In this document: in pieces, positions 26,701-40,441 of the stretch
Layout: each line of letters starts with the position of its first letter
Position numbering within the stretch: position 1 is the stretch's first letter
Assembly (NCBI GenBank): GCA_964016885.1
Contig: OZ024741.1
Span: forward strand, 408,394,001 to 408,458,000
Direction: 5' to 3'
Length of the DNA stretch: 64,000 nucleotides
Source: Eledone cirrhosa
Taxonomy: Eukaryota
The notes under the pieces: model-generated
The model's database searches: none
Told to the model about the DNA's origin: nothing
Seen by the model: the letters and a program-made list of their open reading frames with translations, nothing else
Program-made: the position numbers and the translations under genes

Positions 26701-29700
26701 TGTAAGGTGAGGCTAAGGCGCTGACACAACCAGGTAACCTCACCTAACACCTCTGTAAGGTGAGGCTAAGGCGCTGACACAACCAGGTAACCTCACCTGA
26801 CACCACAGTGGGTGAGGCTAAGGCGCTGACACAACCAGGTAACATCATCTGACACCTCAGTAAGGTGAGGCTAAGGTGCTGACACAACCAGGTAACCTCA
26901 CCTGACACCTAAGTAGGATGAGGCTAAGGTGCTGACACAACCAGGTAACCTCACCTGACACCTACGTAAGGTGAGGCTAAGGTACTGACACAACCAGGTA
27001 ACATCACCTCACACCTCAGTAAGGTGAAGCTAAGGTGCTGACACAACCAGGTAACCTCACCTGACACCCCAGTAAGGCGAGGCTATGGTGCTGCACAACC
27101 AGGTAAAATCATCTGACTCCTCAGTAAGGTGAGGCTAAGGCGCTGACACAACCAGGTAACCTCATCTGACACCTCAGTAAGGTGAGGCTAAGGCGCTGAC
27201 ACAACCAGGTAACATCATCTGACACCTCAGTAAGGTGAGGCTAAGGTGCTGAGACAACCAGGTAACCTCACCTGACACATCAGTAGGGTGAGGCTAATGT
27301 GCTGACACAACCAGGTAACCTAACCTGACACCTCAGTAAGGTAAGGCTAAGATCACACAACCAGGTAACCTCACCTGACACCTCAATAAGGTGAGGCTAA
27401 GGTGCTGACACAACCAGGTAACCTAACCTGACACCTCAGTAAGGTGAGGCTAAGGTGCTGACACAACCAGGTAACCTCACCTGACACCTTAATAAAGTGA
27501 GGCTAAGGTGCTGACACAACCAGGTAACCTAACCTGACACCTCAGTAAGGTGAGGCTAAGGTGCTGACACAACCAGGTAACCTCATCTGACACCTCATTG
27601 AGGTGAGGCTAAGGTGCTGACACAACCAGGTAACCTCATATGACACCTCAGTACGGTGATTCTAAGGTGCTGACACAACCAGGTCACCTCACCTGACACC
27701 TTAGTAAGGTGAGGCCAAGGTGCTGACACAACCAGGTAACCTCACCTGACACCCCAGTAAGGCGAGGCTAAGGTGCTGACACAACCAGGTAACCTCATCT
27801 GACACCTTAGTAAAGTGAGGCTAAGCTGCTGACACAACCAGGTAACCTCACCTGACACCTCAGAAAGTTGAGGCTAAGGTGCTGACACAACCAGGTAACC
27901 TCACATGACACCTTAGTAGGTTGAGGCTAAGGTGCTGACACAACCAGGTAACCTCACCTGACATCTTAGTAGGGTGAGGCTAAGATGCTGACACAACCAG
28001 GTAACCTAAACTGACACCTCAGTAAAGTGAGGCTAAGGTGCTGACACAACCAGGTATCCTCACCTGACACCTCAGTAAGGTGAGGCTAAGGTGCTTACAC
28101 AACCAGGTAACCTCACCTGAGACCCCAGTAGGGTGAGGCTAAGGTGCTGCCACAACCAGTTAACCTCATCTGACATTTAGTAGGGTGAGGCTAAGGTGCT
28201 GACAGAACCAGGTAACCTCACCTGACACCTCAGTAAGGTGAGGCTAAGGTGCTGACACAACCAGGTAACCTCACCTGACACCTAAGTAAGGTGAGGCTAA
28301 GGTGCTGACACAACCAGGTAAAATCACCTGACACGTCAGTAAGGTGAGGCTAAGGTGCTGACACAACCAGGTAATCTCACCTGACACCTTAGTAGGCTGA
28401 GGCTAAGGTGCTGACACAACCAGGTAACCTCACCTGACACCTCAGTAAGGTGAGGCTAAGGTGCTGATACAACCAGGTAACCTCACCTGACACATCAGTA
28501 AGGTGAAGCTAAGATGCTGACACAACCAGGTAACCTCACCTGACACCTTAGTAGGGTTAGGCTAAGGTGCTGACACAACCAGGTAACCTCACCTGACACA
28601 TCAGTAAGGTGAAGCTAAGATGCTGACACAACCAGGTAACCTCACCTGACACCTTAGTAGGGTGAGGCTAAGTTACTGACACAACCAGGTAACCTCACCT
28701 GACACCTTACTAGGGTGAGGCTCAGGTGATGACACAACCAGGTAACCTCACTTGACACCTTAGTAGGGTGAGGCTAAGGTGCTGAAACAACCAGGTAACC
28801 TCACCTGACACCTCAGTAAGGTGACGCTAATGTGCTGAGACAACCAGGCACCCTCACCTGACACCTCAGTAGTGTGAGGCTAAGGTGCTGACACAACCAG
28901 GTAACCTCAACCGACACCTCAGTAAGGTGAGGCTAAGGTGTTGACACAACCAGGTAACCTCACTTGACACCTTAGTAGGGTGAGGCTAAGGTGCTGAAAC
29001 AACCAGGTAACCTCACCTGACACCTCAGTAAGGTGACGCTAATGTGCTGAGACAACCAGGCACCCTCACCTGACACCTCAGTAGTGTGAGGCTAAGGTGC
29101 TGACACAACCAGGTAACCTCAACTGACACCTCAGTAAGGTGAGGCTAAGGTGTTGACACAACCAGGTAACCTCACCTGACCCCTCAGTAAAGTGAGGCTA
29201 AGGTGCTGACACAAGCAGCTAACCTTAGCTGACACGTCAGTAAGGTGAGGCTAAGGTGCTGACACAACCAGGTATCCTGACCTGACACCTTATCAGGTTG
29301 AGGCTAAGGTGCTGACACAACCAGGTAATCTCACCTGACACCTCAGTAAGGTGAGGCTAAGGTGCTGACACAACCAGGTAACTTTACCTGACACCTCAGT
29401 AAGGTGAGGCTAAGGTGCTGACACAAGTAGGTAACCTCACCTGACACGTCAGTAAGGTGAGGCTAAGGTGCTGACACAACCAGGTAACCTCACCTGACAC
29501 CTCAGTAAGGTGAGGCTAAGGTGCTGACACAACCAGGTAACCTCACCTGACACCTCAGTAAGGTGAGGCTAAGTTACTGACCCAACCAGGTAACATCACC
29601 TGACACCTAAGTAAGGTGAGGCTAAGGTGCTGACACAACCAGGTAACCTCACCTGACACCTCAGTAGGGTGAGGCTAAGGTACTGACACAACCAGGTAAC

Positions 29701-29879
29701 ATCACCTGACACCTAAGTAAGGTGAGGCTAAGGTGCTGACACAACCAGGTAACCTCACCTGACACCTAAGTAAGGTGAGGCTAAGGTGCTGACACAACCA
29801 GGTAACCTCACCTGACACCTAAGTAAGGTGAGGCTAAGGTGCTGACACAACCAGGTAACCTCACCTGACACTTTAGTTA

Positions 29880-32800
29880 GGTGAGGCTAAGGTGACACAA
29901 CCAGGTAACCTCACCTGACACCTCAGTAAGGTGAGGCTAAGTTGCTGACACAACCAGGTAACCTCATCTGACATATCAGTAAGGTGAGGCTAAGGTGCTG
30001 ACACAACCAGGTAACCTCACCTGACACCTCAGTAAGGTGAGGCTAAGGTGCTGACACAATCAGGTAACCTCACCTGACACCTAAGTAAGGTGAGGCTAAG
30101 GTGCTGATACAACCAGGTAACCTCACCTGACACATCTGTAAGGTGAAGCTAAGATGCTGACACAACCAGGTAAAATCACCTGACACCTAAGCAAAGTGAG
30201 GCTAAGGTGCTGACACAACCAGATAACCTCACCTGACAACTTAGTAGGGTGAGGCTAAGGTGCTGACACAACCAGATAACCTCACCTGACACCTTAGTAA
30301 AGTGAGGTTAAGGTGCTGACACAACCAGTTAACCTCACTTGACACCTCAGTAAGGTGAGGCTAAAATGCTGAGACAACCAGGCACCCTCACCTGAAACCT
30401 CAGTAGGGTGAGGCTAAGGTGCTGACACAACCAGGTAACCTCATCTGACACCTCAGTAAGGTGAGGCTAAGGTGTTGACACAACCAGGTAACCTCACTGA
30501 CACCTCAGTAGGGTGAAACTAAGGTGCTGACACAACCAGGTAACCTCACCTGACACCTCATTAAGGTGAGGCTAAGGTGCTGAAACAACCAAGTAACATC
30601 ATCTGAGACCTCAGTAAGGTGAGGCTAAGGTGCTGAGACAACCAGGCACCCTCACCTGACACCTCAGTAGGGTGAGGGTAAGGTGCTGTCACAACCAGGT
30701 AAGATCACCTGACACCTTAGTAAATAGAGGCTAAGGTGCTGACATAACCAGGTAACCTCACCTGACACCCCAGTAAGGCGAGGCTAATGTGCTAATACAA
30801 CCAGGTAACCTCATCTAACACCTCAGTAAGGTGAGGCTAAGGTGCTGACACAACCAGGTAACCTCACCTGACACCTTAGTAGGGTCAGGCTAAGGTGCTG
30901 ACGCAACCAGGTAACCTCACCTGTCACCTCAGTAAGGTGAGGCTAAGGTGACACAACCAGGTACCCTCACCTGACACCTCAGTAAGGTGAGGCTAAGGTG
31001 CTGACACAACCATGTAACCTCATCTGACATGACAGTAAGGTGAGGCTAAGGTGCTGACACAACCAGGTAACCTCACCTGACACCTCAGTAGGGTGAGGCT
31101 GAGGTACCGACACAACCAGGTAACATCACCTGACACCTTAGTAAAGTGAGGCAAAGGTGCTGACACAACCAGGTAACCTAACCTTACATCTCAGTAAGGT
31201 GAGGCTAAGGTGCTTACTCAACCAGGTAACATCATCTGACACCTCAGTAAGGTGAGTCTATGGTGCTGAGACAACCAGGCACCCTGACCTGACACCTCAG
31301 TAGGGTGAAGCTAAGGTGCTGACACAAACAGGTAACCTGACCTGACACCTTAGTAAGGTGAGGCTAAGGTGCTGACACAACCAGGTAATCTCACCTGACA
31401 CCTCAGTAAGGTGAGGCCAAGGTGCTGACACAACCAGGTAACCTCACCTGACACCTTAGTAGGGTCAGGCTAAGGTGCTGACACAACCAGGTAACCTCAC
31501 CTGACACCTCATTAAGGTGAGGCTAAGGGGCTGGCACAACCAGGTAAGCTCACGTGACACCTCAGTAGGGTGAGGCTAAGGTGCTGACACAACCAGGTAA
31601 CCTCACCTGACACCTCAGTAAGGTGAGGCTAAGGTGCTGACACAACAACGTAAGCTCACCTGACACCTCAGTAGGGGGAGGCTTAGGTGCTGTCACAACC
31701 AGGAAAGCTCATCTGACACCTCAGTAGGGTGAGGCTAAGGTGCTGACACAACCAGGTAACCTCACCTGACACCTTAGTAAAGTGAGGCTAAGGTGCTGAC
31801 ACAACCAGGTAACCTCGCCTGACACCTCAGTAATGTGAGGCTAAGGCGCTGACACAACAAGGTAACCTCACCTGACACCTCAGTAAGGTGAGGCTAAGGT
31901 GCTGACACAACCAGGTAACATCACCTGACACCTAAGTAAGGTGAGGCTAAGGTGCTGACACAACCAGGTAACCTCACCTGACACCTCAGTAGGGTGAGGC
32001 TAAGGTGACACAACCAGGTAACCTCACCTGACACCTCAGTAAGGTGAGGCTAAGTTGCTGACACAACCAGGTAACCTCATCTGACATATCAGTAAGGTGA
32101 GGCTAAGGTGCTGACACAACCAGGTAACCTCACCTGACACCTCAGTAAGGTGAGGCTAAGGTGCTGACACAATCAGGTAACCTCACCTGACACCTAAGTA
32201 AGGTGAGGCTAAGGTGCTGATACAACCAGGTAACCTCACCTGACACATCAGTAAGGTGAAGCTAAGATGCTGACACAACCAGGTAAAATCACCTGACACC
32301 TAAGCAAAGTGAGGCTAAGGTGCTGACACAACCAGATAACCTCACCTGACACCTTAGTAGGGTGAGGCTAAGGTGCTGACACAACCAGATAACCTCACCT
32401 GACACCTTAGTAAAGTGAGGTTAAGGTGCTGACACAACCAGTTAACTTCACTTGACACCTCAGTAAGGTGAGGCTAAAATGCTGAGACAACCAGGCACCC
32501 TCACCTGAAACCTCAGTAGGGTGAGGCTAAGGTGCTGACACAACCAGGTAACCTCATCTGACACCTCAGTAAGGTGAGGCTAAGGTGTTGACACAACCAG
32601 GTAACCTCACTGACACCTCAGTAGGGTGAAACTAAGGTGCTGACACAACCAGGTAACCTCACCTGACACCTCATTAAGGTGAGGCTAAGGTGCTGAAACA
32701 ACCAAGTAACATCATCTGAGACCTCAGTAAGGTGAGGCTAAGGTGCTGAGACAACCAGGCACCCTCACCTGACACCTCAGTAGGGTGAGGGTAAGGTGCT

Positions 32801-34052
32801 GTCACAACCAGGTAACATCACCTGACACCTTAGTAAATAGAGGCTAAGGTGCTGACATAACCAGGTAACCTCACCTGACACCCCAGTAAGGCGAGGCTAA
32901 TGTGCTAATACAACCAGGTAACCTCATCTAACACCTCAGTAAGGTGAGGCTAAGGTGCTGACACAACCAGGTAACCTCACCTGACACCTTAGTAGGGTCA
33001 GGCTAAGGTGCTGACGCAACCAGGTAACCTCACCTGTCACCTCAGTAAGGTGAGGCTAAGGTGACACAACCAGGTACCCTCACCTGACACCTCAGTAAGG
33101 TGAGGCTAAGGTGCTGACACAACCATGTAACCTCATCTGACATGACAGTAGGGTGAGGCTAAGGTACCGACACAACCAGGTAACATCACCTGACACCTTA
33201 GTAAAGTGAGGCAAAGGTGCTGACACAACCAGGTAACCTAAGCTTACATCTCAGTAAGGTGAGGCTAAGGTGCTTACTCAACCAGGTAACATCATCTGAC
33301 ACCTCAGTAAGGTGAGTCTATGGTGCTGAGACAACCAGGCACCCTGACCTGACACCTCAGTAGGGTGAAGCTAAGGTGCTGACACAAACAGGTAACCTGA
33401 CCTGACACCTTAGTAAGGTGAGGCTAAGGTGCTGACACAACCAGGTAATCTCACCTGACACCTCAGTAAGGTGAGGCCAAGGTGCTGACACAACCAGGTA
33501 ACCTCACCTGACACCTTAGTAGGGTGAGGCTAAGGTGCTGACACAACCAGGTAACCTCACCTGACACCTCATTAAGGTGAGGCTAAGGGGCTGGCACAAC
33601 CAGGTAAGCTCACGTGACACCTCAGTAGGGTGAGGCTAAGGTGCTGACACAACCAGGTAACCTCACCTGACACCTCAGTAAGGTGAGGCTAAGGTGCTGA
33701 CACAACAAGGTAAGCTCACCTGACACCTCAGTAGGGGGAGGCTAAGGTGCTGTCACAACCAGGAAAGCTCATCTGACACCTCAGTAGGGTGAGGCTAAGG
33801 TGCTGACACAACCAGGTAACCTCACCTGACACCTTAGTAAAGTGAGGCTAAGGTGCTGACACAACCAGGTAACCTCGCCTGACACCTCAGTAATGTGAGG
33901 CTAAGGCGCTGACACAACCAGGTAACCTCACCTGACACCTCAGTAAGTTGAGGCTAAGGTGCTGACACAACCAGTTAACATCACCTGACACCTAAGTAAG
34001 GTGAGGCTAAGGTGCTGACACAACCAGGTAACCTCACCTGACACCTCAGTAG
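29880..34052. repeat. Tandem duplication of a 40-monomer (2,113-bp) unit; third copy at about 36,530-38,660
   Basis: gtaaaatcacc...aagcaaag at 30170/32283/36822, tagtaaatagagg at 30718/32831/37371, gggggagg at about 31674/33734/38327. Copy 2 loses one monomer near 33150 (offset 2113 to 2060). Confidence 0.9.
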
Positions 34053-37000
34053 GGTGAGGCTAAGGTACTGACACAACCAGGTAACATCACCTGACACCTA
34101 AGTAAGGTGAGGCTAAGGTGCTGACACAACCAGGTAACCTCACCTGACACCTTAGTAAGGTGAGGCTAAGGTGACACAACCAGGTAACCTCACCTGACAC
34201 CTCAGTAAGGTGAGGCTAAGGTGCTGACACAACCATGTAACCTCACCGGACACCTCAGTAAGGTGAGGCTAATGTGCTGACACAACCAGGTAACCTCATC
34301 TGACATATCAGTAAGGTGAGGCTAAGGTGCTGACACAACCAGGTAACCTCACCTGACACCTCAGTAGGGAGAGGCTAAGGTACTGACACAACCAGGTAAC
34401 ATCACCTGACACCTAAGTAAGGTGAGGCTAAGGTGCTGACACAACCAGGTAACCTCACCTGACACCTTAGTAAGGTGAGGCTAAGGTGACACAACCAGGT
34501 AACCTCACCTGACACCTCAGTAAGGTGAGGCTAAGGTGCTGACACAACCATGTAACCTCACCTGACACCTTAGTAGGGTGAGGCTAAGGTGCTGACACAA
34601 GCAGGTAACCTCACCTGACACGTCAGTAAGGTGAGGCTAAGGTGCTGACACAACCAGTTAACCTGACCTGACACCTCAGTAAGGTGAGGCTAAGGTGCTG
34701 ACACAACCAGTTAACCTGACCTCACACCTAAGTAAGGTGAGGCTAAGGTGCTGACACAACCAGGTAACCTCACCTGAAACCTAAGTAAGGTGAGGCTAAG
34801 GTGCTGACACAACCAGGTAACCTCACCTGACACCTTAGTAAGGTGAGGCTAAGGTGACACAACCAGGTAACCTCACCTGACACCTCAGTAAGGTGAGGCT
34901 AAGGTGCTGACACAACCACGTAACCTCACCGGACACCTCAGTAAGGTGAGGCTAATGTGCTGACACAACCAGGTAACCTCATCTGACATATCAATAAGGT
35001 GAGGCTAAGGTGCTGACACAACCAGATAACCTCACCTGACACCTTAGTAGGGTGAGGCTAAGGTGCTGACACAACCAGGTAACCTCATCTGACACCTCAG
35101 TAAGGTGAGGCTAAGTTGCTGACACAACCAGGTAACCTCATCTGACACATCAGTAAGGTGAAGCTAAGAAGCTGACACAACCAGGTAACCTCACCTGACA
35201 CCTCAGTAAGGTGAGGCTAAGGTGCTGACACAATCAGGTAACCTCACCTGACACCTAAGTAAGGTGAGGCTAAGGTGCTGATACAACCAGGTAACCTCAC
35301 CTGACACATCAGTAAGGTGAAGCTAAGATGCTGACACAACCAGGTAAAATCACCTGACACCTAAGCAAAGTGAGGCTAAGGTGCTGACACAACCAGATAA
35401 CCTCACCTGACACCTCAGTAAGGTGAGGCTAAGGTGACACAACCAGGTACCCTCACCTGACACCTCAGTAGGGTGAGGCTAAGGTGCTGACACAACCAGA
35501 TAACCTCACCTGACACCTTAGTAGGGTGAGGCTAAGGTTCTGACATAACCAGATAACATCACCTGATACCTCGGTAAGGTGAGGCTAAGGTGCTGACACA
35601 ACCAGGTAACCTCATCTGACACCTCAGTAAGGTGAATCTAAGGTGCTGACACAACCAGGTAACCTCATCTGACACCTCAGTAAGGTGAGGCTAAGGTGTT
35701 GACACAACCAGGTAACCTCACCTGACACCTCAGTAAGGTGAGGCTAAGGTGCTGACACAACCAGGTAACCTCACCTGACACCTTAGTAGGGTGAGGCTAA
35801 GGTTCTGACATAACCAGATAACATCACCTGATACCTCGGTAAGGTGAGGCTAAGGTGCTGACACAACCAGGTAACCTCACCTGACACCTCAGTAAGGTGA
35901 AGCTAAGGTGCTGACACAACCAGGTAACCTCACCTGACACATTTGTAGGGTGAGGCTAAGGTGCTGACACAACCAGGTAACCTCACCTGACACCTCAGTA
36001 AGGTGAGGCTAAGGTGCTGACACAACCAGGTAACCTCACCTGACACTTCAGTAAAGTGAGGCTAAGTTGCTGACACAACCAGGTAACCTCACCTGACACC
36101 TCAGTAAGGTGAGGCTAAGGTGCTGACACAACCAGGTAACCTCACCTGACACCTCAGTAAGGTGAGGCTAAGGTGCTGACACAACCAGGTAACCTCACCT
36201 GACACCTCAGTAAGGTGAGGCTAAGGTACTGACCCAACCAGGTAACATCACCTGACACCTAAGTAATGTGAGGCTAAGGTGCTGACACAACCAGGTAACC
36301 TCACCTGACACCTCAGTAGGGTGAGGCTAAGGTACTGACACAACCAGGTAACATCACCTGACACCTAAGTAAGGTGAGGCTAAGGTGCTGACACAACCAG
36401 GTAACCTCACCTGACACCTAAGTAAGGTGAGGCTAAGGTGCTGACACAACCAGGTAACCTCACCTGACAACTAAGTAAGGTGAGGCTAAGGTGTTGACAC
36501 AACCAGGTAACCTCACCTGACACTTTAGTTAGGTGAGGCTAAGGTGACACAACCAGGTAACCTCACCTGACACCTCAGTAAGGTGAGGCTAAGTTGCTGA
36601 CACAACCAGGTAACCTCATCTGACATATCAGTAAGGTGAGGCTAAGGTGCTGACACAACCAGGTAACCTCACCTGACACCTCAGTAAGGTGAGGCTAAGG
36701 TGCTGACACAATCAGGTAACCTCACCTGACACCTAAGTAAGGTGAGGCTAAGGTGCTGATACAACCAGGTAACCTCACCTGACACATCAGTAAGGTGAAG
36801 CTAAGATGCTGACACAACCAGGTAAAATCACCTGACACCTAAGCAAAGTGAGGCTAAGGTGCTGACACAACCAGATAACCTCACCTGACACCTTAGTAGG
36901 GTGAGGCTAAGGTGCTGACACAACCAGATAACCTCACCTGACACCTTAGTAAAGTGAGGTTAAGGTGCTGACACAACCAGTTAACCTCACTTGACACCTC

Positions 37001-40000
37001 AGTAAGGTGAGGCTAAAATGCTGAGACAACCAGGCACCCTCACCTGAAACCTCAGTAGGGTGAGGCTAAGGTGCTGACACAACCAGGTAACCTCATCTGA
37101 CACCTCAGTAAGGTGAGGCTAAGGTGTTGACACAAACAGGTAACCTCAACTGACACCTCAGTAGGGTGAAACTAATGTGCTGACACAACCAGGTAACCTC
37201 ACCTGACACCTCATTAAGGTGAGGCTAAGGTGCTGAAACAACCAAGTAACATCATCTGAGACCTCAGTAAGGTGAGGCTAAGGTGCTGAGACAACCAGGC
37301 ACCCTCACCTGACACCTCAGTAGGGTGAGGGTAAGGTGCTGTCACAACCAGGTAACATCACCTGACACCTTAGTAAATAGAGGCTAAGGTGCTGACACAA
37401 CAAGGTAACCTCACCTGACACCCCAGTAAGGCGAGGCTAATGTGCTAATACAACCAGGTAACCTCATCTAACACCTCAGTAAGGTGAGGCTAAGGTGCTG
37501 ACACAACCAGGTAACCTCACCTGACACCTTAGTAGGGTCAGGCTAAGGTGCTGACGCAACCAGGTAACCTCACCTGTCACCTCAGTAAGGTGAGGCTAAG
37601 GTGACACAACCAGGTACCCTCACCTGACACCTCAGTAAGGTGAGGCTAAGGTGCTGACACAACCATGTAACCTCATCTGACTTGACAGTAAGGTGAGGCT
37701 AAGGTGCTAACACAACCAGGTAACCTCACCTGACACCTCAGTAGGGTGAGGCTAAGGTACCGACACAACCAGGTAACATCACCTGACACCTTAGTAAAGT
37801 GAGGCAAAGGTGCTGACACAACCAGGTAACCTAACCTTACATCTCAGTAAGGTGAGGCTAAGGTGCTTACTCAACCAGGTAACATCATCTGACACCTCAG
37901 TAAGGTGAGTCTATGGTGCTGAGACAACCAGGCACCCTGACCTGACACCTCAGTAGGGTGAAGCTAAGGTGCTGACACAAACAGGTAACCTGACCTGACA
38001 CCTTAGTAAGGTGAGGCTAAGGTGCTGACACAACCAGGTAATCTCACCTGACACCTGAGTAAGGTGAGGCTAAGGTACTGACACAACCAGGTAACCTCAC
38101 CTGACACCTTAGTAGGGTGAGGCTAAGGTGCTGACACAACCAGGTAACCTCACCTGACACCTCATTAAGGTGAGGCTAAGGGGCTGGCACAACCAGGTAA
38201 GCTCACCTGACACCTCAGTAGGGTGAGGCTAAGGTGCTGACACAACCAGGTAACCTCACCTGACACCTCAGTAAGGTGAGGCTAAGGTGCTGACACAACA
38301 AGGTAAGCTCACCTGACACATCAGTAGGGGGAGGCTAAGGTGCTGTCACATCCAGGTAAGCTCATCTGACACCTCAGTAGGGTGAGGCTAAGGTGCTGAC
38401 ACAACCAGGTAACCTCACCTGACACCTTAGTAAAGTGAGGCTAAGGTGCTGACACAACCAGGTAACCTCGCCTGACACCTCAGTAATGTGAGGCTAAGGC
38501 GCTGACACAACCAGGTAACCTCACCTGACACCTCAGTAAGGTGAGGCTAAGGTGCTGACACAACCAGGTAACATCACCTGACACCTAAGTAAGGTGAGGC
38601 TAAGGTGCTGACACAACCAGGTAACCTCACCTAACACCTCAGTAGGGTGAGGCTAAGGTACTGACACAACCAGGTAACCTCACCTGACACCTCAGTAAGG
38701 TGAGGCTAAGGTGCTGACACAACCATGTAACCTCACCGGACACCTCAGTAAGGTGAGGCTAATGTGCTGACACAACCAGGTAACCTCATCTGACATATCA
38801 GTAAGGTGAGGCTAAGGTGCTGACACAACCAGGTAACCTCACCTGACACCTCAGTAGGGTGAGGCTAAGGTACTGACACAACCAGGTAACATCACCTGAC
38901 ACCTAAGTAAGGTGAGGCTAAGGTGCTGACACAACCAGGTAACCTCACCTGACACCTTAGTAAGGTGAGGCTAAGGTGACACAACCAGGTAACCTCACCT
39001 GACACCTCAGTAAGGTGAGGCTAAGGTGCTGACACAACCATGTAACCTCACCTGACACCTTAGTAGGGTGAGGCTAAGGTGCTGACACAACCAGGTAACC
39101 TCACCTGACCCCTCGGTAAAGTGAGGCTAAGGTGCTGACACAAGCAGGTAACCTCACCTGACACGTCAGTAAGGTGAGGCTAAGGTGCTGACACAACCAG
39201 TTAACCTGACCTGACACCTCAGTAAGGTGAGGCTAAGGTGCTGACACAACCAGTTAACCTGAACTGACACCTAAGTAAGGTGAGGCTAAGGTGCTTACTC
39301 AACCAGGTAACATCATCTGACACCTCAGTAAGGTGAGTCTATGGTGCTGAGACAACCAGGCACCCTGACCTGACACCTCAGTAGGGTGAAGCTAAGGTGC
39401 TGACACAAACAGGTAACCTGACCTGACACCTTAGTAAGGTGAGGCTAAGGTGCTGACACAACCAGGTAATCTCACCTGACACCTGAGTAAGGTGAGGCTA
39501 AGGTACTGACACAACCAGGTAACCTCACCTGACACCTTAGTAGGGTGAGGCTAAGGTGCTGACACAACAAGGTAACCTCACCTGACACCTCATGAAGGTG
39601 AGGCTAAGGGGCTGGCACAACCAGGTAAGCTCACCTGACACCTCAGTAGGGTGAGGCTAAGGTGCTGACACAACCAGGTAACCTCACCTGACACCTCAGT
39701 AAGGTGAGGCTAAGGTGCTGACACAACAAGGTAAGCTCACCTGACACCTCAGTAGGGGGAGGCTAAGGTGCTGTCACAACCAGGTAAGCTCATCTGACAC
39801 CTCAGTAGGGTGAGGCTAAGGTGCTGACACAACCAGGTAACCTCACCTGACACCTTAGTAAAGTGAGGCTAAGGTGCTGACACAACCAGGTAACCTCGCC
39901 TGACACCTCAGTAATGTGAGGCTAAGGCGCTGACACAACCAGGTAACCTCACCTGACACCTCAGTAAGGTGAGGCTAAGGTGCTGACACAACCAGGTAAC

Positions 40001-40441
40001 ATCACCTGACACCTAAGTAAGGTGAGGCTAAGGTGCTGACACAACCAGGTAAACTCACCTGACACCTCAGTAGGGTGAGGCTAAGGTACTGACACAACCA
40101 GGTAACATCACCTGACACCTAAGTAAGGTGAGGCTAAGGTGCTGACACAACCAGGTATCCTCACCTGACACCTTAGTAAGGTGAGGCTAAGGTGACACAA
40201 CCAGGTAACCTCACCTGACACCTCAGTAAGGTGAGGCTAAGGTGCTGACACAACCAGGTAACCTCACCGGACACCTCAGTAAGGTGAGGCTAATGTGCTG
40301 ACACAACCAGGTAACCTCATCTGACATATCAGTAAGGTGAGGCTAAGGTGCTGACACAACCAGGTAACCTCACCTGACACCTCAGTAGGGTGAGGCTAAG
40401 GTACTGACACAACCAGGTAACATCAACTGACACCTAAGGAA

